Assembly (NCBI GenBank): GCA_043809315.1
Contig: JAZDDX010000039.1
Location: 1-64,000 of the forward strand
Length of the DNA: 64,000 nt
Source: Pseudomonadota bacterium
Lineage (GTDB): Bacteria > Bdellovibrionota_G > JALEGL01 > DATDPG01
Direction of reading: 5' to 3'
Of the stretch, positions 1-9,952 are shown piece by piece. Within the stretch, counting starts at the first letter, position 1. The number at the start of each line of letters is the position of its first letter. The notes beneath the pieces were generated by a model. That model had not been told where the DNA came from. It made no database searches and saw nothing but the letters and a program-made list of their open reading frames with translations. The translations under genes were made by a program, and so were the position numbers.

Positions 1-621
1 GTGTCGACCTCTCAGATCACCCTTCAGTTCACCGACAACTCGATGAACGAGGACAGTTTCGTGGTGCAGCGGAAGATCGTCCCTCCCTCCCCCACCCCCG
101 AGCCGGCCTTTGGCGACCTCCAAACGTTGTCGGCCCATGCCGGGACCGGGAGTGTGACGTTCGCCGATACCTCCGTTGTGGCGGGAACAACCTACAAATA
201 CCGAGTCCTGGCTAAAAAAGGATCTCTCTCCTCGTTCTCCAATGAACTGTCGGTCACGGCTCCCGGGGGGCCTCCCAGCGCGCCTCAGAACGTACGCGAA
301 CATGATTTCGCGGAGGGGCTTCTCGGCGGGACCAAGTGGATCTGCACGTGGGATGTCGTGTGGGATCATCCGGCCAGTGATCCGACGGGAGCCGGAATCA
401 CGTATCGTTATTGCCTAGACCGATACCACCAGGGCGTACTGGAATTGGACAACTGGTGCACGATGATTCCGGCCGGGGCCCTAAGTCAGCCCGAGGGGAC
501 CTGGTACTTCTTCGGCCAAAAGCCCAGGGACTGGCGCGAGCTCATCTCCACCGTGACGGCGTTCCGAGACGGTATCGAAGGCGGCAGCGCCTCGGTTTCA
601 GTGACCTGCGGCTATGATTGA
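1..621 (+). CDS. Fibronectin type III domain surface protein with a Cys-containing C-terminal domain (5' truncated by window edge)
   Basis: FN3 pattern ITLQFTDNSMNEDSF...GTTYKYRV; closely resembles the third FN3 domain of 1171..3351. Confidence 0.8.
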   Translation: MSTSQITLQFTDNSMNEDSFVVQRKIVPPSPTPEPAFGDLQTLSAHAGTGSVTFADTSVVAGTTYKYRVLAKKGSLSSFSNELSVTAPGGPPSAPQNVREHDFAEGLLGGTKWICTWDVVWDHPASDPTGAGITYRYCLDRYHQGVLELDNWCTMIPAGALSQPEGTWYFFGQKPRDWRELISTVTAFRDGIEGGSASVSVTCGYD

Positions 622-699
622 CGAGGCTTCGGGTCATAGCTGATCGAGCTACCTTGGCGGCCTGGTCGGCAAGGTGGACGACGGCCCGTCGACCTGCTC

Positions 700-961
700 G
701 AGCGGAGGCGGGCGCAACCTATCGCTTCTGCCTTACCCGTTATCATCAGTCCGCTCTCGAAGTGAACAACTGGTGTACGTCCGACCCAAGCGAATTCGTT
801 CTCTTGCCGAACGGACACCTGAGTCATGGTGAGGGGACGACCTACTTCACGAACCGAGCCCGAGGGATTGGCACAAACTGATCTCCACCGTCACTATATT
901 CAGGAGCGGAGTCCCCGGTGAAAGCGGATCGACCACGAATTTCTGCGGTGAAGTGGACTAA
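700..961 (+). pseudogene. Frameshifted tandem copy of the C-terminal domain of CDS 1..621
   Basis: AGATYRFCLTRYHQSALEVNNWCT..LSHGEGTTYF then, after a 1-nt deletion near 858-861, RDWHKLISTVTIFRSG..CGEVD* (TAA 959-961); aligns with AGITYRYCLDRYHQGVLELDNWCT..LSQPEGTWYF..RDWRELISTVTAFRDG..CGYD*. Confidence 0.7.
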
Positions 962-1126
962 CAACATGGTCCGAACCGGCTCCTTTTGGACCTGCCGGTA
1001 AACCGCCACCCGACACTTCCGTTAGCGGCCTCAACCTCAAGCAAAAACGAGTGCGAGTCATTCTCGCTTAAGTAGATGGCGATATTTCAGCAAGCCTCAC
1101 CCGAGTTCGCCGACATACCCTTGTAT

Positions 1127-1158
1127 TATCAAGCCGTTCGATTGGCACAACCATTGCT
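1127..1158 (+). promoter_or_regulatory. sigma54 (-24/-12) promoter with an adjacent IHF-like site
   Basis: TGGCAC-AACCA-TTGCT at 1143-1158; TATCAA-GCCG-TTC at 1127-1139 (1 mismatch to WATCAR-N4-TTR); predicted TSS ~1169, next to ATG 1171. Confidence 0.75.
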
Positions 1159-1170
1159 GTAATACCTTGC

Positions 1171-3351
1171 ATGAAACAATTACCGGCCGTCTTTCGGCAC
1201 CTTCTCCTTTCCCTAACTCCGCTTCTTCTCTCCTCCTTGATCGGCTGCGGGTCGAACACTGTCAACCTGGTGAGTCCGGAGACGCTGGCTTCCGATCCGA
1301 GTGCAATCACTCAATGCGCTCCCCCAGCACTGGCTGCCCTCATGGGGCTGACGGCCTGCGGAGTCGGTAAACCTGCGGTCATTCTCAATCCGAACAAACC
1401 GGTGGGAACGGCGGCAGCTAACCGGGATATCGGCGGAACCCCATTCGAAAAGATGAAGATCACCTGGACTTATCCGGCCGCTGATCGAGTCGGCGTCAAT
1501 TTCGAGGTGAAACGGAAAAGAGATCAAGCCTCAGACTTCATTTCGTTGGCAACGAATACGGCCAATCCGATGCAGTTCATTGACCGGGGTCTCGCGCCCG
1601 GAACCACGTATACGTACAAAATCGTCGCCGTGGATGCGAACGGTCCCACGGAGTCGGACCTGTTTTTCGGAACCACGTTGGTCGCTGCCGGCTCTCCGAT
1701 TGCCCCTGCCTATCTGACGGGAGCCTTCGTGGCGAGCCCGTTGGCAATCGATCTGACCTGGGCGGATCAGAGCGGCAACGAAACGAACTTCCTGATCGAG
1801 CGCTCCGTGGACGGGTTAGATTTCGCCCTATTGACTCCGGCTCCGGGGCTGGCAGCCAACACCGTTACGTACCGAGACACTACGATTTCGTACGACCACA
1901 GCTATGCGTATCGAGTGTATGCGAAGAACGCAGCCGGCCGGTCCCCAAACTCGAACCAAGTCGATCTCGCCATCGGTTCCGAACCGGCCCCCGCCGCCCC
2001 CAGCGGGCTCCAAACGACCTTCGTTTCGACAACTCAGATCACCCTTCAGTTCGTGGACAACTCGATTAACGAGAACAGCTTCGAGCTGCAGCGGAAAGTG
2101 GGAACGGGTTCCTTCGACGCGATTCTGACGCTTTCAGTCCAGACTGGGACTGGGACGGTGACCGTGCAGGACATGTCGGTCTCCGCGGGAACGAGTTACA
2201 CCTACCGGATCAAAGTAATAAAAGGGACTCTCTTCGCGTTCTCCGATGAACTTCCCGTTAGTACGCCGGCTCCGCCCCAGAAGGCGCTGGCGATCGCCGC
2301 CGGAAGCCTTCACACATGTGCACTGCTTATGGACGGCACCGTCAGCTGCTGGGGATATGGCGGAGTGGGTCAACTCGGAAATGGGAGTTTCAGCGATAGC
2401 TCCGTGCCGGTCGCCGTGACTGGGCTCAATAACGTTATTTCATTAACCGCCGGCAACCATCACACGTGTGCACGCCTTTCCGACAATACGATGAAATGTT
2501 GGGGGTGGAACGATTTCGGCCAGCTAGGGAATGGAAACGCCCTAAGTCAATCGGTGCCCGTTTTCGTCAAAGTGAACGGGATCAACAATCTCACCAACGT
2601 TTCTGCGATTACGGCCGGCTACATGCATACCTGCGCTCGGCTAACGGACGGTACGATGAAGTGTTGGGGGTCTGCCGCCGATTCTCAGCTCGGAAACGGG
2701 CGCACGAGCGGCTATTCGACCGTACCGGTTGCCGTGAGCGGGATCACCACCGCGACGGATGCGATCACGGCACATCATGTGCACACATGTGCGCGACTGG
2801 CCGACAACAAAGTGAAATGTTGGGGATCCAACATGAAAGGAGAACTCGGAAACAATACGATCACTCGAAGTGCAACCCCGGTCTCGGTCAGCTCCATCAG
2901 CAACGCTTCCGCGGTCTCCGCCGGCGACTGGAACAGCTGCGCACTTCTTTCCACCGGTTCGATCCAATGCTGGGGTTGGAATCTCTACGGTGAACTTGGA
3001 GATTCGACCACCACGGATCGTTTGACGCCGGTCGGTGTGAACGGAATCACCTCGGCTTCCGTCCTCGCGACTGGATCCAATCATTCCTGCGCAATTCTTC
3101 AGGACGGCTCCCTCAAATGTTGGGGTCATAACCAATATGGCCAGGTGGGGGATTCAACCACCATGGATCGTTTGATCCCGGTCGCCGTGAATGGAATCAG
3201 CGCCGCCTCAGCAATTGCAATGGGTGCCGGCCATTCCTGCGCACTCCTTCAAGGAGGATCAGTTCAATGCTGGGGACTGAACAGCTATGGCCAGCTCGGA
3301 TCGAACGATCTCGTGAATCGTCTGACGCCGACTCTCGTCTCCGGTTTTTGA
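1171..3351 (+). CDS. Lipoprotein with 3 FN3 domains and a 7-bladed RCC1/BLIP-II-like beta-propeller
   Basis: Lipobox LIGC; three FN3 units; seven repeats of the form AxxAGxxH(T/S)CAxLxDGxxxCWG. Confidence 0.9.
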   Translation: MKQLPAVFRHLLLSLTPLLLSSLIGCGSNTVNLVSPETLASDPSAITQCAPPALAALMGLTACGVGKPAVILNPNKPVGTAAANRDIGGTPFEKMKITWTYPAADRVGVNFEVKRKRDQASDFISLATNTANPMQFIDRGLAPGTTYTYKIVAVDANGPTESDLFFGTTLVAAGSPIAPAYLTGAFVASPLAIDLTWADQSGNETNFLIERSVDGLDFALLTPAPGLAANTVTYRDTTISYDHSYAYRVYAKNAAGRSPNSNQVDLAIGSEPAPAAPSGLQTTFVSTTQITLQFVDNSINENSFELQRKVGTGSFDAILTLSVQTGTGTVTVQDMSVSAGTSYTYRIKVIKGTLFAFSDELPVSTPAPPQKALAIAAGSLHTCALLMDGTVSCWGYGGVGQLGNGSFSDSSVPVAVTGLNNVISLTAGNHHTCARLSDNTMKCWGWNDFGQLGNGNALSQSVPVFVKVNGINNLTNVSAITAGYMHTCARLTDGTMKCWGSAADSQLGNGRTSGYSTVPVAVSGITTATDAITAHHVHTCARLADNKVKCWGSNMKGELGNNTITRSATPVSVSSISNASAVSAGDWNSCALLSTGSIQCWGWNLYGELGDSTTTDRLTPVGVNGITSASVLATGSNHSCAILQDGSLKCWGHNQYGQVGDSTTMDRLIPVAVNGISAASAIAMGAGHSCALLQGGSVQCWGLNSYGQLGSNDLVNRLTPTLVSGF

Positions 3352-3405
3352 CCTCGTCAGTTAGGGAGACAAACGACTGAATCCGATCTTCGGAACCCGA
3401 GATCT

Positions 3406-4494
3406 TCATCCAACCGGGATCCGCTTCCGACCAAACGACCCCTTGAACGTCTTAAACCGGCCGGCGATCTTCGTTGCGCAAGAGGGGCAAGCTCCTTCCG
3501 GTGTGAGCTTGTAGCTTCCGATCTCGTACCAATCCCGCTCGACTAACGGCTCCTGGCACTTCGGGCAGAACGTCGTTCCCCCCGTCACATCGTGAACATT
3601 CCCTGTGTAGACGTAGCGTAACCCGGATTTTCGCGCGATCTCCCAGGCTCTCTTGAGCGTCATCCGGGACGTCGGCGCGATATCGGTCATCTTGTAATCC
3701 GGATGCGCAGCCGAGAAGTGAAGTGGAACGTCAGGGCCGAGTTCCTTCGCCACCCACTCCGAAAGCTCGGCCACTTCCCGGTCGGAGTCGTTGTGCCCCT
3801 CGATCAGGAGCGTTGTGATCTCCGTCCAGACCGTTGTCTCCTTCACCAAATATTGGAGCGTCTCCTTCACCGGCTCGAGATGCCCGCCGCAGATCTTGAA
3901 ATAGAACTCCTCCGTAAACGCCTTCAAATCCACGTTCGCCGCGTCCATCTTCGCGAAAAACTCCTGCCTCGGTTCGGGGGTGATATACCCCGCCGTCACC
4001 GCGACCGTCTTGATCCCCTTTTCATGACAAGCCTCTGCAACATCGATCGCGTACTCCGCGAAGACGACCGGGTCGTTATAGGTAAACGCCACGCTCTTCG
4101 AGCCGCTCGTCAGCGCCATCTCCGCGATCCGGGATGGAGATGCGGCATCCGCCAACGTCTCCACGTCCCGCGATTTGCTGATGTCCCAGTTCTGGCAGAA
4201 GCGGCAGGCGAGATTGCACCCGGCCGTACCGAACGAAAGGACTGAACTCCCCGGATAGAAGTGATTCAACGGTTTCTTCTCGATCGGATCGATGCAGAAC
4301 CCGGAGGAACGGCGGTAGGTCGTCAAGATCAGCTGATCGCCGATCCGCTCTCGGACGAAACAGTGGCCGCGCTGGCCGTCGCGAAGCTGGCAGAACCGCG
4401 GGCAGAGGTTACACTGGATCCTCCCGTCGGGGATGATCTTCCACCATCGCCCGACGTATCCCCCCTCTTTCACCTCTGACTCTTTTCCTCCCAT
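3406..4494 (-). CDS. amrS: AmmeMemoRadiSam system radical SAM enzyme
   Basis: CNLACRFC radical SAM motif, N-terminal CNLCPRFC, DPIEKKPLNHF; adjacent to amrA/amrB; alternative GTG start at 4473. Confidence 0.93.
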   Translation of the reverse strand: MGGKESEVKEGGYVGRWWKIIPDGRIQCNLCPRFCQLRDGQRGHCFVRERIGDQLILTTYRRSSGFCIDPIEKKPLNHFYPGSSVLSFGTAGCNLACRFCQNWDISKSRDVETLADAASPSRIAEMALTSGSKSVAFTYNDPVVFAEYAIDVAEACHEKGIKTVAVTAGYITPEPRQEFFAKMDAANVDLKAFTEEFYFKICGGHLEPVKETLQYLVKETTVWTEITTLLIEGHNDSDREVAELSEWVAKELGPDVPLHFSAAHPDYKMTDIAPTSRMTLKRAWEIARKSGLRYVYTGNVHDVTGGTTFCPKCQEPLVERDWYEIGSYKLTPEGACPSCATKIAGRFKTFKGSFGRKRIPVG

Positions 4495-5039
4495 TTGAGA
4501 AGCGTGTAGCGGAAGAGTTGCACGTCGTCCGACCAGTGGTCAACGGGGAGCCCTGCTTTGCGCTTGAGGTGCCCGAGGAATGCTTTCGGGTCGGGAAGCT
4601 TCTCCCAGACCTGCGGCAGGAAAGTGCTCTGGTTGTACCCCGACCGGAAGACGATCCCGTCGATGAACGGGCGGATCTTCGAAAGGGCATCTTTCTCATC
4701 ACGGAACTCGATCTCTTCCGTCGGCGAAAGAACCGACACCTCGACGCGGATCTTCGGATACTCCTCCAGCGTCAGTGGCGGAAACCGCGGATCGGAAAAA
4801 GCGGCTGCGCGGGCGTGGGACCCAAGATCTTCGAGAAGTGGCCGGCGCGCTTCGATCGTCCCGATGCAGCCGCGAAGTTCGTCATCGATCGTAAGCGTCA
4901 CGAACGTCGCTTCGTGGTTCGTCATCCACGGTTCGAGGGGAGGTTCATAGAGACGCTCCAAGCCGAACTCGTGCGCGATCGCCGACCGCGCCACGCGAAG
5001 GAGGATCCCTCCCCTCCTCTCTCGGTCGATTTCATCCAC
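4470..5039 (-). CDS. amrA: AmmeMemoRadiSam system protein A (AMMECR1 family)
   Basis: ATFVTL..LRGCIG, DPRFPPL, STFLPQVWE motifs. Confidence 0.93.
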   Translation of the reverse strand: MDEIDRERRGGILLRVARSAIAHEFGLERLYEPPLEPWMTNHEATFVTLTIDDELRGCIGTIEARRPLLEDLGSHARAAAFSDPRFPPLTLEEYPKIRVEVSVLSPTEEIEFRDEKDALSKIRPFIDGIVFRSGYNQSTFLPQVWEKLPDPKAFLGHLKRKAGLPVDHWSDDVQLFRYTLLKWEEKSQR

Positions 5040-5829
5040 CGTCGGCTTTCGAGAAAGCGAACGAAGCGTACCCGACCACCTGGCGGCGATCCCCCGCCGT
5101 GTCCCCGGAGTTCCGGAGATCGAGAAGCTCCCCTGTTAGATCGTGTTTTTTCGCCGCTACCAGGAACCCGTTGACCGGCGTCGCGCCGCACGCCTGTTCG
5201 TGCGTGATCGGAACCTCCCACGTGAGAATCTCCTTCGCCGTCCCCTGATCGGTCCGCTGGGCATCCGCGTACGGGAGGTAGTGCGATAGATCGGAGCTGA
5301 TGACGATCAACGTCTCCTCCCCGCCCCACAACCGCTCCAGCACTTCGGCCACTTCTTCCGGGGAAGCCCTCCCCACAACGAGAGGCACGATCTTGAACTC
5401 CCGCAGAACCTTCTGGAGGAACGGGAGCTGGACTTCCAGCGAATGTTCTTCCTCGTGGGCGTAGTAATTCGATCCGACTTGCGGAAGGTCCGCGATCTCC
5501 GGAACCTTGTCGACTTCGACCTTACCAAGAGGCGTCTCGAACCAGTCGACATCCGGGAGAGCAAGCCCCTCGACGGGCACGCGATGCGCTGGCCCTAAGA
5601 TTACAACACGGCGGATTCGATCGGCGATTGAGGAGAGTTGCGCGTACGCCGTCGCAGCGATCGGGCCGGAATAGATATACCCGGCGTGCGGGACGATCAG
5701 AGCCTTGGGTGGAACCGTCCTTGCGGATGAATCAGCTTCCGACAGGAATTCGCGGACCGTTTGTTCCAGTTCCCGGGTCGCGCCGGGGTAAAACGCCCCG
5801 GCAACAGCCGCTGGCCGTATCCGCGTCAT
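5032..5829 (-). CDS. amrB: AmmeMemoRadiSam system protein B (MEMO1 family)
   Basis: RPAAVAGAFYP, PHAGYIYSG, EHSLEVQLPFLQ, SSDLSHY. Confidence 0.95.
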   Translation of the reverse strand: MTRIRPAAVAGAFYPGATRELEQTVREFLSEADSSARTVPPKALIVPHAGYIYSGPIAATAYAQLSSIADRIRRVVILGPAHRVPVEGLALPDVDWFETPLGKVEVDKVPEIADLPQVGSNYYAHEEEHSLEVQLPFLQKVLREFKIVPLVVGRASPEEVAEVLERLWGGEETLIVISSDLSHYLPYADAQRTDQGTAKEILTWEVPITHEQACGATPVNGFLVAAKKHDLTGELLDLRNSGDTAGDRRQVVGYASFAFSKADGG

Positions 5830-5837
5830 CGACTCAC

Positions 5838-6893
5838 TTATGCGACGGTGATTTCCTTACAGAGATAGACGTCCTGGATCGCGTTTAGGATCGCGACCCC
5901 GTCTTTCATCGGGCGCTGGAACGCCTTCCGTCCCGAGATCAGCCCCATCCCGCCGGCCCTCTTATTGATGACCGCCGTGCGGACCGCTTCGGCCAAATCG
6001 CTCGCTCCGGAGGAGGCTCCTCCCGAGTTGATCAGGCCGACCCGCCCCATGTAGCAGTTCGCCAGCTGGTAGCGGGTGAGATCGATCGGATGATCGGTCG
6101 TCAGGGTGTCGTAGACCTTCGGATGGGTCTTCCCGAACTTGACCGCGTTGTACCCGCCGTTGTTCTCGGGAAGCTTCTGTTTGATGATGTCGGCCTCGAT
6201 CGTGACCCCGATGTGATTCGCCTGCCCCGAAAGATCGGCCGAGACGTGGTAATCCTTGTCCTTCTTGAACGCGGGGTTCCGCGTGTAGCACCAGAGGATC
6301 GTCGCCATCCCGAGCTCGTGGGCATGCTCGAACGCCTCGCTCACCTCGACGATCTGACGCCGCGACTCTTCCGACCCGAAGTAGATCGTGGCCCCCACCG
6401 CCGCCGCCCCCATGTCGAACGCCGACCTCACGCTCGCGAAGAGAGTCTGGTCGTAGGTGTTCGGGTAGGAGAGAAACTCGTTGTGGTTGATCTTGAGAAT
6501 GAACGGGATCTTGTGGGCGTACTTCCGCGCCACCATCCCCAAGCCGCCGAACGTCGAGGCGACGGCGTTGCACCCCCCCTCGATCGCCAGCTCGACGACC
6601 TTCTCCGGATCGAAGTAGATCGGGTTCGGAGCGAACGACGCGCCCGCGGAGTGCTCGATCCCCTGGTCGACCGGTAGAATCGACACGTACCCGGTGCCGG
6701 CCAGCCGCCCGTTGGTCGAGATCCAGCGGAGGTTTTTGAGGACGTTGACCGGACGATCGGAGGAGATCCAGGCACGTTCGATGAAGTCGGGTCCCGGAAG
6801 GATCAACTGGCTCTTGTCGAACCCTTTGGCCTTGTACTCCAGAAACGATCGGTCATTCCCCAGTAATTCAGCGATTTGCGAGAGCGTCGTCAT
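5838..6893 (-). CDS. fbaB: Class I fructose-bisphosphate aldolase
   Basis: [25 protein letters not shown] (Schiff-base Lys), [10 protein letters not shown]. Confidence 0.95.
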   Translation of the reverse strand: MTTLSQIAELLGNDRSFLEYKAKGFDKSQLILPGPDFIERAWISSDRPVNVLKNLRWISTNGRLAGTGYVSILPVDQGIEHSAGASFAPNPIYFDPEKVVELAIEGGCNAVASTFGGLGMVARKYAHKIPFILKINHNEFLSYPNTYDQTLFASVRSAFDMGAAAVGATIYFGSEESRRQIVEVSEAFEHAHELGMATILWCYTRNPAFKKDKDYHVSADLSGQANHIGVTIEADIIKQKLPENNGGYNAVKFGKTHPKVYDTLTTDHPIDLTRYQLANCYMGRVGLINSGGASSGASDLAEAVRTAVINKRAGGMGLISGRKAFQRPMKDGVAILNAIQDVYLCKEITVA

Positions 6894-6934
6894 AGTGTGG
6901 CCAAATATAATGAAGCGCGCTAAAGATTCAACCG

Positions 6935-7246
6935 ATGGTTGTGGGAATCTTGCGCATGCGGCTCTACAACCGCGGGAGCCGTTCCCTGAAGGAGAAACGG
7001 CAAATCCTGCTCCGGATCAAGGACAAGATCGCGCATCATTACAACGTCGCGATCGCCGAGGTCGGCGACAACGACGACTGGAAGAGCGCCGTTTTGGGGA
7101 TCACCGCCGTCGGGAACGACCCGGCCTTCGTTCAGTCGGTCTTGGACAAAGTCGCTTCGACGATCGAAGGGTTCCATCTCGCCGAGACCCTCTCCCGCGA
7201 CACGATCGTCCGGACTTACTCCGAGGAAGAGTTTCTCAGGCGTTAA
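6935..7246 (+). CDS. DUF503 (YlxP-like) protein
   Basis: [23 protein letters not shown] signature. Confidence 0.88.
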   Translation: MVVGILRMRLYNRGSRSLKEKRQILLRIKDKIAHHYNVAIAEVGDNDDWKSAVLGITAVGNDPAFVQSVLDKVASTIEGFHLAETLSRDTIVRTYSEEEFLRR

Positions 7247-8550
7247 GGACGGATCTTGGCACGTGCCTCCACGATCCATATAGCGACCCGATCCCGGATC
7301 GCCTCGATCCCTCTTCGTTGATATCTCTCTGACGGGGAAAGCTTCTTTCCATCCTCTCCTTCGGCCTCTCGGAGTTGTCCGAAACGGCCCACCGTTTTCG
7401 CCCCCGGCATCTCTCGAACCGTCGCCTCGAACGCGGCTTCGGCCGACGCCTTGAAGCCGTATTCCGGATCGAGAGCCTCTACCGGCAGCAGGTTCGCATT
7501 CAGATAATCGAGAAGATTCACCCCCTTCTCTCCCGACTGCGCGGACCAGACCCAAGTCGATATGGAATGATACGATTCCATTCGGAAGTAGTTTTTGACC
7601 GGAATGCCGTACTCAACTGCAAGTTCAAGAAAATCGAAAATTCGGGAAGGGGTTGCCTCCGGGATCCAGAGGGGATCCGTATGGCCGATATTTCCCTCGG
7701 CTATCACGATCTTCTGCGCTCGTTCCACTTCCACTCCTCGCCCATCATCCACTGCCAGTTTCCGTTTTCTGGCTTCTTCGAAGAACGCATCTGACCTGCT
7801 TTTGAAAGACCGGTCCTTCAAGCTTGCGACCTTTTCATGAAGCTCTTTTGCTCCGTCGATCAAGGGGATCACACGATCGATCGCAATCATTTTTGATTCG
7901 CTGTAGTCGCGTAAGAGAATCTCCCGCGCGTGCTCGGCGACCGATCCCCCGTCCACGAAACGCAACGACTCCTTCTCAATTCCTTTCGCGATCGCCTCGT
8001 AGGCGTCGGGGGTCTTGATCCGTGCCAGAAGGTCGTAGAGGCGACCGAGCATCTCCGCCTCGACGAAGGACAGTACTCTTTGCGTGTCGAGAATTCTTCT
8101 CGATTCTTCGGTCAGCGGCGGCCAGTCCGCCAATTGAATCAGGAGCTTTTCAACTTTCGAAATCGGGTTGTGGAGGATCGCGAATTGGAGTTCCGACGAA
8201 AAGACGTCCAGAACCCGAAGATGAACGAACGGGTTGGGCCCCTTGGGATACTTCCCCTCATACTTGGCATAGTCCGATCCGTAGAACTTTTCAAAGATCT
8301 TGCGGTATTCGAGATGCTTTCTCTTTAGCTCGTCGTTTCCTGGGCCTCCGGGATTCGCATCTACCTTCACTAAGCGTTCCCCTTCTTCCCGCGCCCGATT
8401 CTCAAACTCCGGAATTAAGCGAATTAACTCATCCATCCTCGCCGTGATCGTCTCGTGCGTCCAGACCGGGACCGGAGGTTCAACTTGCGCCCAGGCCGCC
8501 CCCGACGCGAAGAGAATCAACAACAGAATTTTCGCCCCATTCATTCTCAT
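7243..8550 (-). CDS. Secreted hypothetical alpha-helical protein, paralog of 8555..9952
   Basis: Start reassigned to ATG 8550 (MRMNGAKILLLILFASGAAWA, a signal peptide), 4 nt after the upstream stop. Confidence 0.75.
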   Translation of the reverse strand: MRMNGAKILLLILFASGAAWAQVEPPVPVWTHETITARMDELIRLIPEFENRAREEGERLVKVDANPGGPGNDELKRKHLEYRKIFEKFYGSDYAKYEGKYPKGPNPFVHLRVLDVFSSELQFAILHNPISKVEKLLIQLADWPPLTEESRRILDTQRVLSFVEAEMLGRLYDLLARIKTPDAYEAIAKGIEKESLRFVDGGSVAEHAREILLRDYSESKMIAIDRVIPLIDGAKELHEKVASLKDRSFKSRSDAFFEEARKRKLAVDDGRGVEVERAQKIVIAEGNIGHTDPLWIPEATPSRIFDFLELAVEYGIPVKNYFRMESYHSISTWVWSAQSGEKGVNLLDYLNANLLPVEALDPEYGFKASAEAAFEATVREMPGAKTVGRFGQLREAEGEDGKKLSPSERYQRRGIEAIRDRVAIWIVEARAKIRP

Positions 8551-8554
8551 CTCA

Positions 8555-9952
8555 CTACCTCCGTACCATCTTGATGATTTCGACAATCCGGAATTCGACG
8601 GCAAACCGAAGCGCCAGCTTCGACCGTTCCGCCATCGCCATCCCCTTGAGCCTCTCTTGGTTCCGGAGTTCCTCCTCCTCGATCCGGAGTTTTCCGACCT
8701 CCATCGGGAGATCCCTTTTCGCAACGGTTGCACCGAACAGATCCCCTTCGTTGGGAGGTCTCAGACGTTCGATTGGAACTCCGTTCATCCCGAGCCAGGT
8801 CCAGAGATCGGTTGTCTCTTTCCCGCTCTGGGCCATCCACCGGGCCATCATTTCGGTGTCGTTGAGGACCGAGTTCTCGACCCGGTACGAGCCGAGTGGG
8901 ATCCGGAACGCCTCCGCAAGCTTCACCACACGGGTCAGTTTTTCCGGCGTGACGTCCTCCAAGTAGAACGAGCGAACCAACCCGAACCGGTTTTCCGGAT
9001 CGGTCAGGGAAAAGAAATGGAGGCGCCCCTTTTCGGCTCCGACGTGGGAACGATGGATGATCAGTCTCTCATTCTCCGCTAAGTTGAAGAACCGAGTCAC
9101 GCGTTCCCGCCAAGAGAATGAGTTCAAATCCCGAAGGTCTCCGAGGATTCGATTCAGTCTTGCCAGGCTCTCCGATCTTCGGAGACCGGTCGGGTCTGCA
9201 CTCGTCTTTTCCGGCTCCTTGGCCAGAAGAGCCAGCGCTTCTTTGATTCCCGCTATTTTCTTGACGAGGTCCGGCTCCCCGATCAGCAACTCCTCCACCC
9301 GGGTCGAGATCGATACTTGATCGGGCAAGAACAGAAGCAGTTTCCCGAGCCCTTTTCCGATCGCCGCATATGCTTCGGGGGTCCCGATCGCGGCCAGGAG
9401 TTCGTAAACGGTGAGCTGCCGCGCGGCCTCGAACGGAACCCATTCCCCGAAATAGATGAGGAGTTTCTTTGCCTCTGGAGAAAGCTTCAACGTTTCCGAC
9501 AGTTCAATTAGGAGGGGGGTCCCCTGTTCCAGGGGAAGGAACCGAACTGCATACATCAACTGCATGTAGAACTCGTTCAGAGCTGCGAAGCGAAGCGCCT
9601 CATTCCCCCCGGGCGGTGGAGGCGCAACGAACCTGCCAAATCCTCCCTTTCGTTTTTCGATGATGCGATCCCTCAACTGCGTTTGAAGGAACTGTTCATA
9701 TCCGCTTCCGTATTTCGCCTCCCCTTCCAGCTCCACTTTCTTGAATCTGGTGAGCTGGCTTCCCCATAGGTTGATCGCGGCATTGAGGTAAGTCGCGTCG
9801 TACACCCCGGGCGCCAGTTTGGGCTCAAACGGAAGAACCGCTTGGTCAACGGCTTTTGTGATCCGCTCGGCACTCCAAGGCTCTCCTTCTTGGGCAGGGG
9901 CCGTGGAGACGAAAGAGAACAGTAAGATCACCACGAGCCAAAGGCGGGTCAT
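8555..9952 (-). CDS. Secreted hypothetical protein, paralog of 7243..8550
   Basis: Signal peptide MTRLWLVVILLFSFVSTAPA; ATGA overlap with the upstream gene; shared blocks YELLAAIGTPEAYAAIGKG / YDLLARIKTPDAYEAIAKG. Confidence 0.78.
   Translation of the reverse strand: MTRLWLVVILLFSFVSTAPAQEGEPWSAERITKAVDQAVLPFEPKLAPGVYDATYLNAAINLWGSQLTRFKKVELEGEAKYGSGYEQFLQTQLRDRIIEKRKGGFGRFVAPPPPGGNEALRFAALNEFYMQLMYAVRFLPLEQGTPLLIELSETLKLSPEAKKLLIYFGEWVPFEAARQLTVYELLAAIGTPEAYAAIGKGLGKLLLFLPDQVSISTRVEELLIGEPDLVKKIAGIKEALALLAKEPEKTSADPTGLRRSESLARLNRILGDLRDLNSFSWRERVTRFFNLAENERLIIHRSHVGAEKGRLHFFSLTDPENRFGLVRSFYLEDVTPEKLTRVVKLAEAFRIPLGSYRVENSVLNDTEMMARWMAQSGKETTDLWTWLGMNGVPIERLRPPNEGDLFGATVAKRDLPMEVGKLRIEEEELRNQERLKGMAMAERSKLALRFAVEFRIVEIIKMVRR

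Noticed and set aside
381-961. Possible diversity-generating retroelement VR/TR pair
   Set aside because: The copies differ at all base types with indels, not only at adenines, and there is no reverse transcriptase in the window
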